A stretch of DNA of 64,000 nt from Octopus sinensis (Eukaryota): positions 1 through 64,000 of the forward strand of contig NW_021832010.1 of NCBI RefSeq assembly GCF_006345805.1, given 5' to 3'. Numbering within the stretch: the first letter of the stretch is position 1; the number at the start of each line of letters is the position of its first letter. The notes below the pieces were generated by a model, which worked only from the letters and a program-made list of their open reading frames with translations, did no database searches and was not told where the DNA came from. Below are positions 49,800-62,434 of this stretch, piece by piece. The position numbers were made by a program, and so were the translations under genes.

Positions 49800-50900
49800 G
49801 CACGTGTGAGCACGTTGTTGACTTACCTTGTTGCTTTGTTACGTTATTTGGTCGATCTTTATTTTTTATTTAATTGAATTAGAAGGAATATTTTGCGATG
49901 TAGTTTCTTTTAATGGATAAATTATTTGAAATTTCATCATTTTGTAATATTTGCGAGTTTATTCTTTCAACCTGTTTATTCCATTTATTTTGTAATCTTT
50001 TTTTTATATATTTTTATTGAATTTCACCTTTTTTAATGAAAATTTCTATTCTTTATTACACAATTTAATTTGTTTGTTTCTGGTTTTGTTGTATGCGTAA
50101 TCCTAGAATTCTGAGACCAGCACATATTCTCTGCTGGCTTGAATGCATGGTTCTGTTTACGTTCATTATTTATTTCCAAATCAAATTTGAATTATTTCTC
50201 TCTAAAATATTTATACATAAAATTTATTTCATATTCCATATCTTCAACTGAAAATTAATATTTTTACACATGAACTCCCATTTTTTATTCATTTTTTGGA
50301 AATAGGGGAATTCAAATTTGGGGGTTCAAAATTAAAATCAAAGTCTTCTTGTTTTTCATTACATTTCTCATCTTCATCGAGATTCTCTGCATCCATTACA
50401 TCCGGAATTGCAGTATTAAACCTGTTAATTCCTCTGTATTTCATTAAAGGAGACTAAGGTTATAAAAATAGACACCTTCACTTATGTGATTTGTCCAATT
50501 GTTACCCCCTTCACGCTTCATTATTGTCGATAAAGATCTTGTTAAGGTTTGATTAAACCTTTCCACAATTCTGGGGTTATTTGGCCTGCTGTGGACTTCA
50601 TTAATCTTGAATCTTTTTCACAATTCATGAATATGTACATTTTTAAATTCAGTCCCATTGTCAGACTGCAAAATATGACAAGGACCAAATTGTAAAAAAA
50701 ATTGAAGACACTTCATATCCACTTTTATTAACAAGATCCCGCATTATTTTTTCTTTTCGAAAACATACTTTCGTCAACTTCAACGAAAATAATTCCAAAT
50801 TGTTTAAAATATAATTCAGTTTTAAAGACCAAATTGGATTCTGAATTTTTTCAACAAATTCAGAATGCTCTTCCACTTTAAAAAACTCATACATTTCGTC
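49800..50900 (-). mobile_element. Degraded Ginger-like integrase
   Basis: FGPCHILQSDNGTEFK...HSRPNNPRIVERFNQTLTRSLS with stops; termini not found. Confidence 0.75.
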
Positions 50901-50919
50901 CATTATTCGAAAACCTTCG

Positions 50920-52190
50920 TTAATGCTTTACCCTTTGATAGCCATCGAATTTCGGTATAAAGTAACAAATTTGTAAAGTTTGACCCCATTTCATCACAAA
51001 TGGGAGTAAAAATGCGAGATTTTTTGGGTCGACACAATTGTCAGACACATTCTTGGAAGCAATAAACTCTCTGACTGAATGGGCTGATGCTTCACAACCT
51101 CCTCTGACACCGACACCCAATTGGATTTTTTTAAAGATGCTCGGGTAGGAATGGGAGCTACGACTGCATAATATTTTGGCTGCAAGGCGTCTAAAAGTGC
51201 ACCCAACAGAAATCGGTCTAATTCCGCCGTCCTTTTTATTAAGGGCGGTGAGGCTTCCAGACATGAAGAGAGAACGTGCGAAATCAGAGATATGGCCACT
51301 GATGAAAAGGGTTATCAGGTCGCATAATGAATCAATTAGGTTCACACCTGCATCAGACGAGTTGAGTGATAAAAGGTCGCGAATGTGACCGGGACGAAGG
51401 CCGTCTAACCCCCCACTACTGGAGGGTCGGAATGATTTGAGATTATAAAGGAGCTCTTCTTTGCTCACTTTTTAATTAATATTAAACTTCAAAGAATAAT
51501 AACTTGTTAATTTGAAGGGTGCCTTTATGAACGAACTGCAGCGGTCTTTAATCTGCTGAGCGGCCGATGTCCTATTTACTGACTCCGTTTTATGAGGGGC
51601 AGCGCCCAGACAAACAGAAGGAAACGAAAATAGTTTGCACCAAGTTTATGGAAGATTGCTTTTAAGGGACTGATCGATTATGTCGGATAGCGTATCAGCA
51701 ACGCAGATTCGCGCAGATTTGGGAATTCTTGCAGGGATTACGCGGAGGCTTCGGGATTCGGAAAGAAGCGACAAGAACTTGTCGGGCGGGATGGGCGCCG
51801 GGTGAGGAGAAGGCTTAGGGATCCACGTGTGTGGGAGGCATGAGGGGCACTTCCAAGAAAGGATTGACGCCGAATCACGTTTAGTGAGTTTAACACACGA
51901 GAGGTGGAAAAACTGACTGCAAGAGGCGCAGGAGCGACCCGGTTTGCGAGAATTAACAGATTTACAAGATAAACAAAATGACATGGGGATAGCTACAGAA
52001 GAGTCCAATAGAATAGAGGAAAAGAGAATAAAAATGGGGAAATGGGATAGACAAGAATGAAAGGATAAAAGGAAAAAAGAAAAAGGAAAAAAAGAAAAGG
52101 GAAAGAGAGGGATGGAGAAGAAGGATAAGAGAGAGATAAACAGATGCAATGACAGAAATTGAAAACACCACAAGAAACCAAAAAAAAAAC
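50920..52190 (-). mobile_element. CRE-like retrotransposon 5' part: PHD finger plus RT N-terminus
   Basis: C4HC3 PHD (CLSC...CASCSQFFHLSC...WKCPSC); SSSGGLDGLRPGH, LTALNKKDGGIRPISVGCTFRRLAAK, QLGVGVRGGCEA. Confidence 0.85.
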
Positions 52191-52309
52191 TTGTTAATTA
52201 TTTTTTAAGTCTGGACATTGGCACAATCGAAATTTCGCTCATCGAATTTTTTATCTATTAAATTTAAATGTTTAAACTACCTCAACGCGATTGTTTGATA
52301 AAATACTGA

Positions 52310-53610
52310 TAATTTCTGCAGATGGATAATATGGAGATTCAAACTTATCCAGTCGCAACGAAGGATTTGTTCCAAAGTCTTTTTTAACTCGAACCTAAAC
52401 ATTAATTTTTATGCATACTTTATCACCAACACTAAATTCATACTTACTATTGTGAACATTCATTTTTTTGTTCATCGCTTTGTAATAATAAGAATTAGGA
52501 TCAATGGGGTTGATTTCGAACTGAAATCTTTTCGGACTTGTAACGAATAATTACAATCATCTACATATAGAAATTTAAATTACATGAATTTTCAATTGGA
52601 CTCGGACAATTGTTGCATCATCGACTTGATCAGGACTCAACAAATCATTACTTGAATTATCTAAGGAATAATTTTATAATTACGACCATAAAATATTGTA
52701 TTTATTCCACTTATTCCCCGGTATCTTTCAAAAGGGCTTTATTAGAAGATGAGTGGACAGAAATTTTATAACTGTACACTGCATTTTCTAATTTTTCCAG
52801 CCACTTTTTATTATCATTGTCGATCATTTTTGCCATTTTTCTTGTAATTGACTGGTTGAAGCGATCGACAATCCCTTGTGAGCGGGGATTGTTTGGCCTT
52901 CCGTGAATTCGTTTGATATTGAATTCCTCACATAGATTGGTCATTTCACGATTCTTGAATTCAGTCCCATTATCGGACTGAAGAAATTGACACGGACCAT
53001 TTAAGAAAAATAATGATCTGAGGTTTTCACAAACTTCATTTAAGGACTTAGTGTAGAGCGGCCTCGCAAATGCAAATCTATAAAAATTGTTAAATTTTTT
53101 AGTCTTGCCATTGGTACCGTCCATATCTCTCCTTTAGCATATTTTATCTATTAAATAAAAATGATTGATTTGCCTCGACTCAATTATTTGATAAAATGTT
53201 AATTATTTCAGCGCCCGGATAGAATGGAGACTCGAATTTATCCCACCGCAACGAAGGGTTTGCTTTGTTATAACAGTACACATTGCTTTTTCGAGGATTT
53301 TTTCATCTGTGTCTATCATTTTGGAGAGTTTTCGGGTGATGGTTTGATTAATATTGTTTGGTCTTCCATGTATCTAAACTACATTGAACTCTTCGCATAG
53401 ATCTCTCAGAGACACATTCTTGAATTCTGAACCATTATCTGATTTCAAAATTTTGCAAGGTCCATATAGGTGGAAAAGTTATCTTAAGTTGTTGCATACT
53501 TCTTTTGAAGATTTATGAAAAAGTGGTCTGACAAATGCAAATCTGAATAAATCGTTGAGAGACCTACTACCAACCTACTATAAACATCGATGACTGTTAA
53601 AATCCAAGAC
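52310..53610 (-). mobile_element. Two tandem diverged Ginger-like integrase remnants
   Basis: GPCQFLQSDNGTEFKN...IHGRPNNPRSQG (52711-53124) and GPCKILKSDNGSEFKN...IHGRPNN (53270-53610); shared downstream block at ~52315 and ~53210. Confidence 0.85.
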
Positions 53611-53765
53611 ACTCCGCTTCCTTCGCTCGCTCGGTCGACGGATTTCAAGGACTAGCCACGATACAAGAGAGTATTCTTGGCTCCTGGAACGTCTGTCGAT
53701 TGCTGTGATCCGAGGGAACGGCTTCGCCATTCGCGAGGCTGGCCGGTTGTCTCGTGAGGCCTTTA
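53610..53765 (+). mobile_element. CRE-like retrotransposon extreme 3' fragment
   Basis: DTREYSWLLERLSIAVIRGNGFAI matches the QRLSIAxQRGN terminus. Confidence 0.7.
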
Positions 53766-54399
53766 ATTAGCTTAGCTATCTTTTTACTTTTAGATTGCGA
53801 AAAATATTTGGTCGTTTGTTAAAAAAAAGTATGATCGTACTGTTCTTTTTCTAAGGTGTCACAGAAGCATTTATATCCATTCTATAAATTTTAGGAATGG
53901 AGCAATTATCAATTCATTCGAAAGTATTGTGTATCCACTTCCTTCAGAGATATAGTAGAAATTTTAGCTCAACAAGAGTTATCGAAAATAATTAACAATA
54001 CAATTGTTTATAGAAATTGGGTAACCATCATAACCTTTAGTTACGAGATGAAGGTGCTGGAGTATAGATGTTTCTTACTATGCAACTAACCTGCCAAATG
54101 TTATTTAAGTATCCACTTTATTGAATGGAGATTCTTTGCTTATTAAAAAAGCTAAAGAATGTTTATATAATGAACAACTTAATGAAGATCTAACGACAAA
54201 AATATCGCAATATTCACCTTTATTGCATTTCCTTGTATAAAATTACTTTAAATTTTTATAAGAGTAGTTTATATTAAGTTTTATATAAGATTTCTTAGGT
54301 AAATTTTTTAGTCAATTTTAAAATTTTACTGTCAATTAAATTGACTTTTTAAGGGTAATTTTTATTTTTCAAGTCAATAAAAATGTTGCCCTACTCGTA

Positions 54400-54720
54400 T
54401 TATAGCTCACAGAAAGTTTGGATGACTGGATCTACATTTGTATTGATTGGATTATTAGTTTTGATCTTCAGTTGATAATTAAAAAGAAGAAAATTTTATT
54501 ACAAATAGACCACTGTCCTGCAGACTGATTCCCTCAAAACTTAGATCGGATTAAGATTTTATTTCTTCCTAAAAATTCTACTAGATTAATACAATCAACG
54601 GATATTTGAATTATAAAAACATTCAAGACACATTTCATGAAAAGAAAGCTACAATACTTAACTGATCTGCTCAAGACTGAAAATGTTCCTTTATACAATT
54701 CATACAAAAATTGACATTAA
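54400..54720 (+). mobile_element. pogo/Tigger DDE_1 remnant
   Basis: KRRKILLQIDHCPAD...IKILFLPKNSTRLIQSTD..IIKTFK. Confidence 0.7.
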
Positions 54721-54889
54721 AAGATGCAATTTTGTTTGTTAATATACACCCATCGACATTAAAATCCGGACAATTAATAAATCGTCATTTTTATTATCAA
54801 ATTTAGAAAAAAAACCTTTGAGCATAATATTTTTTTCTATATTCTTATATTTAAAAAAATATATTTACAAAAGTTTTATAAAACGATAT

Positions 54890-55495
54890 TTAAGGGGACC
54901 AAGAGGGGACCCGGCATCTTTCAAACCGATTTCCCTGTTATGTACGATGTCAAAAATCCTGGAAAGACTGATTCTTGGCAGAATAGAAGATTTCTTACCC
55001 GAAAGACATTTTCAACATGGGTTTAAGAAGGCGAAGTCCACGTCTTCGTACCTTCAATCCTTGTCAAACTTCATCTGTACCGGTTTTGCCAGCAAACCGA
55101 GACACCAAAAGACAGTGCTCTGCTCCGTCGACATCCATAAAGCCTTCGACTCCGTCTCGAGGAAGCTCCTCTCAAGGAAGATATTCCAATCCGATTTTCC
55201 TCTGAAGCTAAAAATATGGATTACCAACTTCCTAAGTGGACGAAGAGGGAGGGTGTGCCTCGGTGGTCTAAAGTCCAAATCTCGTCTTCTACCCAACGGA
55301 GTACCTCAGGGATCCCCCTTATCCCCGGCCCTCTTCAACCTATTTTTGGAAGACCTCCCTCCCTCGACAACAATGACATTGTTCTCTCATACGCGGACGA
55401 CAAGGTACTAGCCTCACGGGAACGGGACATCCAGAAAGCCTCTGAAAGGCTCCAAGCTAACTTGGATCGGCTGAACCTATGGCTGACGGACAACT
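54890..55495 (+). mobile_element. Non-LTR RT fragment, same family as 5510-7030
   Basis: DPASFKPISLLCTMSKILERL, QHGFKK, DIHKAFD, GVPQGSPLSPALFN, SYADD after a frameshift. Confidence 0.9.
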
Positions 55496-55908
55496 GTCAT
55501 CTAAAAAACCAAATTTTATTCCAAGAAGAAGAAGGTTTGTCAATTAAAGAGTATTGAATACGGATACTTGAAAAAATAAATCAAACAAATTGAAACAAAA
55601 ATACAAAAAATTGAAAAAGCTTATAAAACCAGAACAAAAAATCAGATATTATTAAGAATATGTACACCGATTTTAAAACACAAAATATAGATCTCTTCAA
55701 AGTAGTTATCCCAATATGGATTATTGATCATTCATAATAAAACCTTCCACATTTGAAATCGAAATACAGGGAAGAAGGGAAATTTTATTTAAATTCTCAA
55801 GAGCACAAACATCCATATTTTACTAGAATAAATTACAAATATAAAAATAAACAATAAAATACTAAAAAATCGAAATAAACAAAAAATACTAGAAACAAAT
55901 AAATTTAA

Positions 55909-57123
55909 TGTCACCGTCCAGATAGGTCGGGGCGCCAGATCGGTTATGTATAAAATTTTTAATAAAAACTACCTTTCGGAAGTTATTTTCTTTTTCTGTT
56001 CATTCTTTTGTTGATTTTAATATTATTTTTGCAAAAATATTGAAGTTACTGAGTTCATAAAAAACCAACATCCAGTCATTTCCAGATAATTACCGTATTG
56101 ATTTTGCATTTTATTTAAAAACGCTTTAACCAAGGTTAGCCAAACAATTTTCAACAATAAAGTTTATTAGAAAAATCCATTTTTAATTTTTAAAAATGTT
56201 GTAATTTCTATTTTTATCATTAAAACTCTAAAATACAATCCGGCCTACGGCCGGATGATTCAATGTGAATATTTTTCCCTATGCGGCCTTCGGCCGCGTC
56301 GAATTTGTAACAATGGCACAATTATTTCACAATTAAGTAAATATAACACGAGAAAAAACACAGAACGAACCCCATGAATATTTGCAGTTAAAGTTTTTTT
56401 ACTCTGCTAATATGTATCCTTTGATCTTTTTCATCCTCTTCATTAATTATCGTTACGAGTTCTCGATCCCTATTTTTCACAATATATTTTTGTGCAGATA
56501 TCTCGTCATATAATGGGTATTTTCTATAACCCGGGTTTGCATCCCCATCATGGCGTATTAAAATTTCATCGCCACTTTAAACTTCATCATATTTCCATTT
56601 TCTCCGCCTTTTCATTTTTTCTTCCGATTTTACAATATTTTCAAGGGCTTTTTTCCTTTTTTCACGACCTCAGAATTTGTTAGTTTTTTATTTGGTTTCT
56701 CCAAATCAGTTCCGAACAAGAGGTCAAAAGGCCTTTGTTTTGTAGTTTCTTAAGTTCTGTGTCTTCGATACAAAAAAACGCAACTTTGAGCCATTTTTAG
56801 AAATGTAGGTGTTGTTCTCCTTGAAACTAAATTTTTTGGCATATCTCCGTATTCGTGCCCTTTCTTCCGAACTCAAGGAATCATCAAGGTGGCCTGATTC
56901 CAAATACTCCCTAATTTTTTCGAGGGTGTCTCGAGTTAATTCAACTAAAACCATTGATTAATGCTAATCTTTTCAACTTTTTAGAACTTTTTTATTAATA
57001 AGATTTTATTTTTTTATTATCAATATTTTTTTGCAATGAAATGTTTTGTAGGAAAAATATTTGTTTTGTATTTAGATAATTAACCTGACCGATCTGGCGC
57101 CCCGGCCGGTCTGGACGGTGACA
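55909..57123 (-). mobile_element. Ginger-like TIR element, internally deleted, 1215 bp, 5-bp TSD TTTAA
   Basis: TIRs TGTCACCGTCCAGA.(A/C)GG.CGGGGCGCCAGATCGGT; TTTAA at 55904-55908 and 57124-57128; integrase N-terminus LTRDTLEKIREYL...IRRYAKKF. Confidence 0.9.
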
Positions 57124-57479
57124 TTTAATTTAAAAAATTCACATGAATGAAGATTAATCAATTAATAAAATCAATACAAATTCACTTACAAAATAAATTT
57201 TATCCATGATATTTTACCAGTAGTCAATTTAATTAATCTTCAAACAAATAAAAAAAAAAATTTTTTTAATAAAAAATCAATAGCGAAAAAGTATAAAATA
57301 AAAATTAGCAACGAGAAGCACAGCACAAGAAAAGAAAATAACGTTCTTTAAACGTGATAATTTATTGTAATTAATTCGATAAATTTAAAACTTTTAAAAA
57401 ATTAAATAAATAACATTTAATATTGTCAGTTCTTGGGTGCCACCGACGTCGCGGAATCGATCTGATCCGACAGAGTTTC

Positions 57480-57590
57480 GAGTTTAGTGGACAAACTAGA
57501 TTCCTTTCATCGTAAACAACTCCGACTGTTGCTTGGCATCAATTAACTAAAGAAAATAACAAACAAGAATCCATACAAAAAATATTAATA
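57480..57590 (+). mobile_element. RTE-like fragment
   Basis: KLDSFHRKQLRLLLGI...KITNKN. Confidence 0.65.
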
Positions 57591-57597
57591 ATCTTTC

Positions 57598-57951
57598 ATG
57601 GATCGTGATCTTCGAAAGAAAAAAACCAAAATTCTGTTTGTTGTGGATCAATGCTCTTTACATAAAATTTATTCGAATTTAATATCAATCGAAGTGGTAT
57701 ACTTTCCAGCAAAAACGACTACAATCCTACAACCAATGGATCAGAGAATCATCCTCTCATTTAAAGCAAACTGTAACAAATTTAAATTTGAGGCGATGTT
57801 AGACAAAATTCACAATGAAACTGATCCTGTCTATTCACATAAGAAGCTGAATTTAAAAAAACGGATTTCTGTTTTCGCATTTTGGATGAAACAATGTTAC
57901 TCAAAAAACAATTGCAAATTGTTTCAACCATGCCAAATGGATTATATGTGA
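57598..57951 (+). mobile_element. pogo/Tigger DDE_1 remnant
   Basis: KILFVVDQCSLH...VVYFPAKTTTILQPMDQRIILSFKA. Confidence 0.8.
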
Positions 57952-58929
57952 AAATAAAAAGCTAGAAACAGATTTAAGAATCGAAAAATACGATAAAATG
58001 ATCACGCCGCTTAAAATTCTGGATCCAATAAAACAAACTGAATTTATTGCAAATCAAATTTTGATTTTTTAAACAGAGATCGATAATTCCGATTTAATTA
58101 AGTCGGGTTTGTAGTTGTTATCATGCCGAATAACGACATTTTCATATGTTGCTATCGTAGTAAAAATATCTTATTATTGGCATTCATGGCTTAAAACAAT
58201 AAAAATAATTGTAAATCTAATTTTTTATTTTAGATAACGTAAAATACAGCATCATTCAGCATTCGGATGTAAATGAATTAGTACCAGAGTACAATTTAAG
58301 AATTCTAAAGGCACCCTCGAGAAGATTGTAAACGAGAGCAACATAATGAAGACCCACAGAAGCAATAAGGTGTAGAACATTTTTCTCTACTGCTCCACCT
58401 ACGTCATCAAGGGGAATTCATAAGAGATTGCATTTATGGACTATTTCTTCAATGTGATTTTCTAAGATTTTTACTTTTTAAAAGGGGACATCGCTTTTAT
58501 TATATTAGTTTTATATATTGTCAGATCTTAGTCGACTATACATATATTTTGGAATAATCAAACTCCAAAACTGTCACATTGGTGGCCAGACCATAGGGTC
58601 CCACACAGTAGAGGTCAAACGTAATTCACAGACCAATCCGAAACAAATGATTACATTGGAAAAAACACACTTCTACGCCTAGCAAGATATACAAGACAAC
58701 TCTGAGATATCCCTACAGGTGGACTACACATGGAAAGAGAAGTCTGTTCATACAAATTGGAATAAAACACAATAAAAACTATTTCCTATTCAGTTGACAT
58801 ACCCTCTTAGACAAATTGAGTGCTCTCTCAGAATTCAGCCTGTACAAAGAATACAGTTTTCAAGTGAAAAAAGAGGCAGTAAGTTCTGAGTATAATTGGG
58901 ATCACATGACGAAATCGGGGGGATATATG

Positions 58930-59600
58930 TTCACAACAGAGTAACAGATCTTGTTAATGTTAATTTGAATAGATGAAATTTCGGTAAATTGATCATTAGT
59001 TAAGAGAGATTCAATGCTGGCAGATGAATCAGCAAAAGGAATGGTCTCGTGAATGAAAGTAATAAGGCCACCGCCAGGTTTTCCAAAGCAATGGTCGTGG
59101 AAAATGGTGGAATATCCTTAAAACAGGGGAGTTTTGGATTTTGGGGTAAGTTTGGTCTCTTGAATAAGAGCTATATCGATAGAGTTCGTGTGAAGAAAGT
59201 AGAGTAGGTCATTGCATTTCTTAGAGATCCCGTTAATGTTCAGTTGAATGATGGTTAGTGTTCTAATAGGGATACCGTTTATTTAGACTTCTGTTTGAGG
59301 AAAGTGAATCCGATTTTTTGTGCTCCTTGTGTGCTGTTTTGGCGTAGAATTTGATGAGGTTGTTAACGTCTTTTTGACCATATTCTTCAGCAAATTCGGT
59401 AGCGTAGCCCTTGGCCACGATCTTCCCATTGATCCGGTTGATGTTTAGCTGGAGAGCCGTGAAGTGCTTTCTACTTCTGCGGATGTCCTCTGGGAGGAAT
59501 TGGTCTTAGGTAGAGTGCGTCGTCCTGGAACTAGAATGTCGCCTGGGGACGAGTTTTGCTGATTCTTTTCCGGTGACCATTGAGTGCCCCCTTAGCGTTT
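58930..59600 (-). mobile_element. Non-LTR APE endonuclease fragments (two rearranged pieces), related to 5510-7030
   Basis: IIQLNINGISKK...IDIALIQETKL...GGGLITFIH. Upstream, ALQLNIN is joined to YGQKDVNNLIKFYAK, which matches FNQKDLNALIKYYAK of the 5510 ORF. Confidence 0.8.
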
Positions 59601-60039
59601 TAAGTACGTTTGAATTACGAGATTCAATCGAGTTGGTGAACAGCATAACGAAATGTTGATATAGAGTAAAAAGATAGTGAGGAAGATGTGTTTTAAATGC
59701 CTTGAAAAATACTTAAAAATAAATAGTTAATGTTTTTCTGAAAAATATTTATTATCTTATTTTTGACAAGGATAGGCATTGCTGACATCTGTCATGGTTT
59801 CAGTCTCGGCTCGATTTCATTTTTGGCTCGCGACATAATGGATTAAAAGTTGTGCCGACCTGATGCCAGTAGAAAAAACAAAAACTGTATAAAAACATAA
59901 CTAAAAAATTAAAAATTTGACGGAGAAACTAAACCGATAAATATATAATAAATCACTTTAACTAGTAACTGTGATCAAGATTCATTGAAAAAGTACCAAA
60001 TCTTTCTATTTTTGGTGGATTTTGCAATAATTTACTCTT

Positions 60040-60290
60040 CATCGGCAACCAGATCTGGATTCAGGTCACGTGATTTCAAGAATGATATATTTTCTATGTT
60101 TTATAGAGTCAGTTACTGCCCGCAAAGAATAGCAATTATCTTCAGTCTGTGTAATGCCGCGTTTGCCAAGGTTTTCCTTTGTATGATATCTCCACTGTCT
60201 TCTAATAGGGGCAGTTTTCTTAGTGTTCCTCCAATTCTCTTCAAGTGAGTTGTTCACTCGTTTTATTTCTGTCCATTCTGTTTCTACAGC
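60040..60290 (-). mobile_element. RTE-like fragment closely similar to 48960-49110
   Basis: Nucleotide-level match (atgatat...actgtc.tctaata...tttctta...attctcttc.agtga.ttgttca.tcgtttt). Confidence 0.8.
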
Positions 60291-60552
60291 TCCAGAGAAA
60301 AGGAAGAAGAGGGAAGGAGGTGCAATCTTATGTTCACTTCAAAGGCTCTGGACATAGTTAGGCAATTAAATTTTTTTAAGATTTTTTTTATTAATAAAGG
60401 GCTAACAATCACTTAACGATTTTATAAAAACAATTTTGTAATACATTCCTTAAATAATTAACACAGTATAAATATATTAAACACAAAGAAAAAGGCAAAA
60501 CTATATAAGCCCAAAAATAGGTAAAAGAACCAAAGAAAGTAAGAAAACAGTC

Positions 60553-61709
60553 TCAAAAGGCTCCCTAAAGTAATAACACAACCACATACTCCAGAACCCC
60601 CAAACTTGGTGGCAAACTTGGCCATCATTGCCTGCACTTTGGGGTTATTCTGATATTTCGAAAAACACGAAGGGTCCTTCTGCATTTCCAACAACGCAGT
60701 CAACACTTCCGGGTCCTTCATTGCCTCCATCATTTCTGGATCCTTAAAAATATCCCCCAAATTGCCCATCCCCGGCATTCCTCCACACTCAGATGGCTGT
60801 TTAAAAGTCCCATTTCCCTTCTCATATTCCTTCCTTGCCTTGGCTGCCCTGCGACGACGGGCATTCAATTCACGTTTTTCCTGTCTTAGAACTTGTCTCC
60901 GATTATGTTGTTGTATTCTGTGGACAGAACTGGAGATATCCTTCACCCATTGGTCAGTTTCCTCATCAAAATCGAGTTTTAATGCCAGTGATAGGTCAAT
61001 AAAGGCATCCTCCAATCGGCCTATACACATCCTGGCTCTCCCACGGTATTTATAGGCCAGCCGACAGTCAGGATTGATAGTCAGGGCAGTCTCACAGTCC
61101 TGGATTGCCCCCAATGGACGAGACAGGTTTATTAAACATCTACCCACAGTCGAATTGATTTAATACAAGGCTCGTTTAGCGTATACACCTGCCTGTGATG
61201 GATTCCACTGGAGAGCCTCCGTGTAGAGTTCAATCGCGGAGGTCAAATCTCCGTTTTTATAGGCAGAGTTGGCAGCCGTGGACTTGGAGGTGGACTCAAC
61301 CCACATTTCATCACTGATCTACGGTTGGCTTCGTATATCAACCTCCTGTTCTTCATCGTAAGGGATAGACGGCAGGGGAGGCTCTGTTTCACATTCCATT
61401 AAGTTTATAAAGTCAATTTCTGATTTTTAGTTTTGGCGGGAAAACCGAGTTCACTTTCTTGGCTTTCTTCTTCCTCTTCTGAGCTTATTATTGGATCGAC
61501 GGGGGTCTCTTCTGGTTGTGGGGGTGTTGGGGTTGGGGGTGGAGGGATTTTGGCGCCAAATCTGTGTGGTTTTGAATGTTAAAAATTTCCCACCCTTCTA
61601 GAAATTCTTTAAAAAAGGCTAATTCAGGACTGTGGAGAACATCCGGGCGGGATTTACAATATTTTACGAATATTTCCAAATTTTTCAGCTGTTCTTGTGA
61701 TAAGTTCAT
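60553..61709 (-). CDS. ST13: Hsc70-interacting protein Hip (ST13)
   Basis: N-terminal dimerisation domain (LHSPELAFFKEFLE|LGAKIP), TPRs (AIELYTEAL, AIQDCETALTINPD...YKYRGRA, KLDFDEE), GGMPGM, STI1 domain (DPEVLTAL...KYQNNPKV). An inferred last intron gives ...GGSGGAF*. Confidence 0.95.
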
Positions 61710-62434
61710 CTATAAAGGTGTGACTAATATAAACCATGCCTTAATGTCAACAAAGATAATTCTGGATTCTTTTATTTAATTTTTGTTTATCCTTATTATA
61801 AATTAAATATTTAAAAATTAATAATTAAATGTTATTTTGTATATTAATTTTAAAAATAAATATTTAGTTTTACAGATACCTTTTAATAATATATTGAATC
61901 ATTATTTATAAACATTATATAAATTTCCCATAAAATATATTTTTTAAATATTTATTAAATAGTATCATATATTCTAGTTGCTAAGTATTTTCACTAAATA
62001 GAAAGAACTTTCCTTGTCCAAAATGGCCAAAAAAAACAATACTAGCAAAAAAATGAAAAATATAAATATTAAAAGACTCCGTAAATTACCAAAAAAGTAT
62101 ATAAATTGACATAACAAAAATAAAGGAATATACCTAAGAATCTATTCGAACTAATGGACTACGAGTGGGACGATTCCTTCAAACTAATCAGTGATCTATA
62201 TCCCACCAAAAGTTGGGGTCTCCATTCTAGTATTCAGTGTCCATGTTGTTTACTCAGCTCAGTCTTGTGAGGAAGGAAAACCTTCGCTTGAAGACACGGT
62301 TGGATAGTCTTGGACATAGAAAAACCCAATTACTTTTAGAAATATCAAAATTAAATTCAAATGATTAATTAATATTTTATTATTTTTGTCTGGTTAACCT
62401 ACAGAAATAAATTAATAAAACTAAATTAAAATAA

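Noticed and set aside
49800-53610. Integrases as LTR retrotransposons or retroviruses
   Set aside because: No gag, protease, RT or LTRs adjoin them; homologous copies in the window have TIRs and TSDs.
58200-58900. Possible spliced gene
   Set aside because: There are splice-like signals but every frame has stops and no recognisable domain; it cannot be supported.
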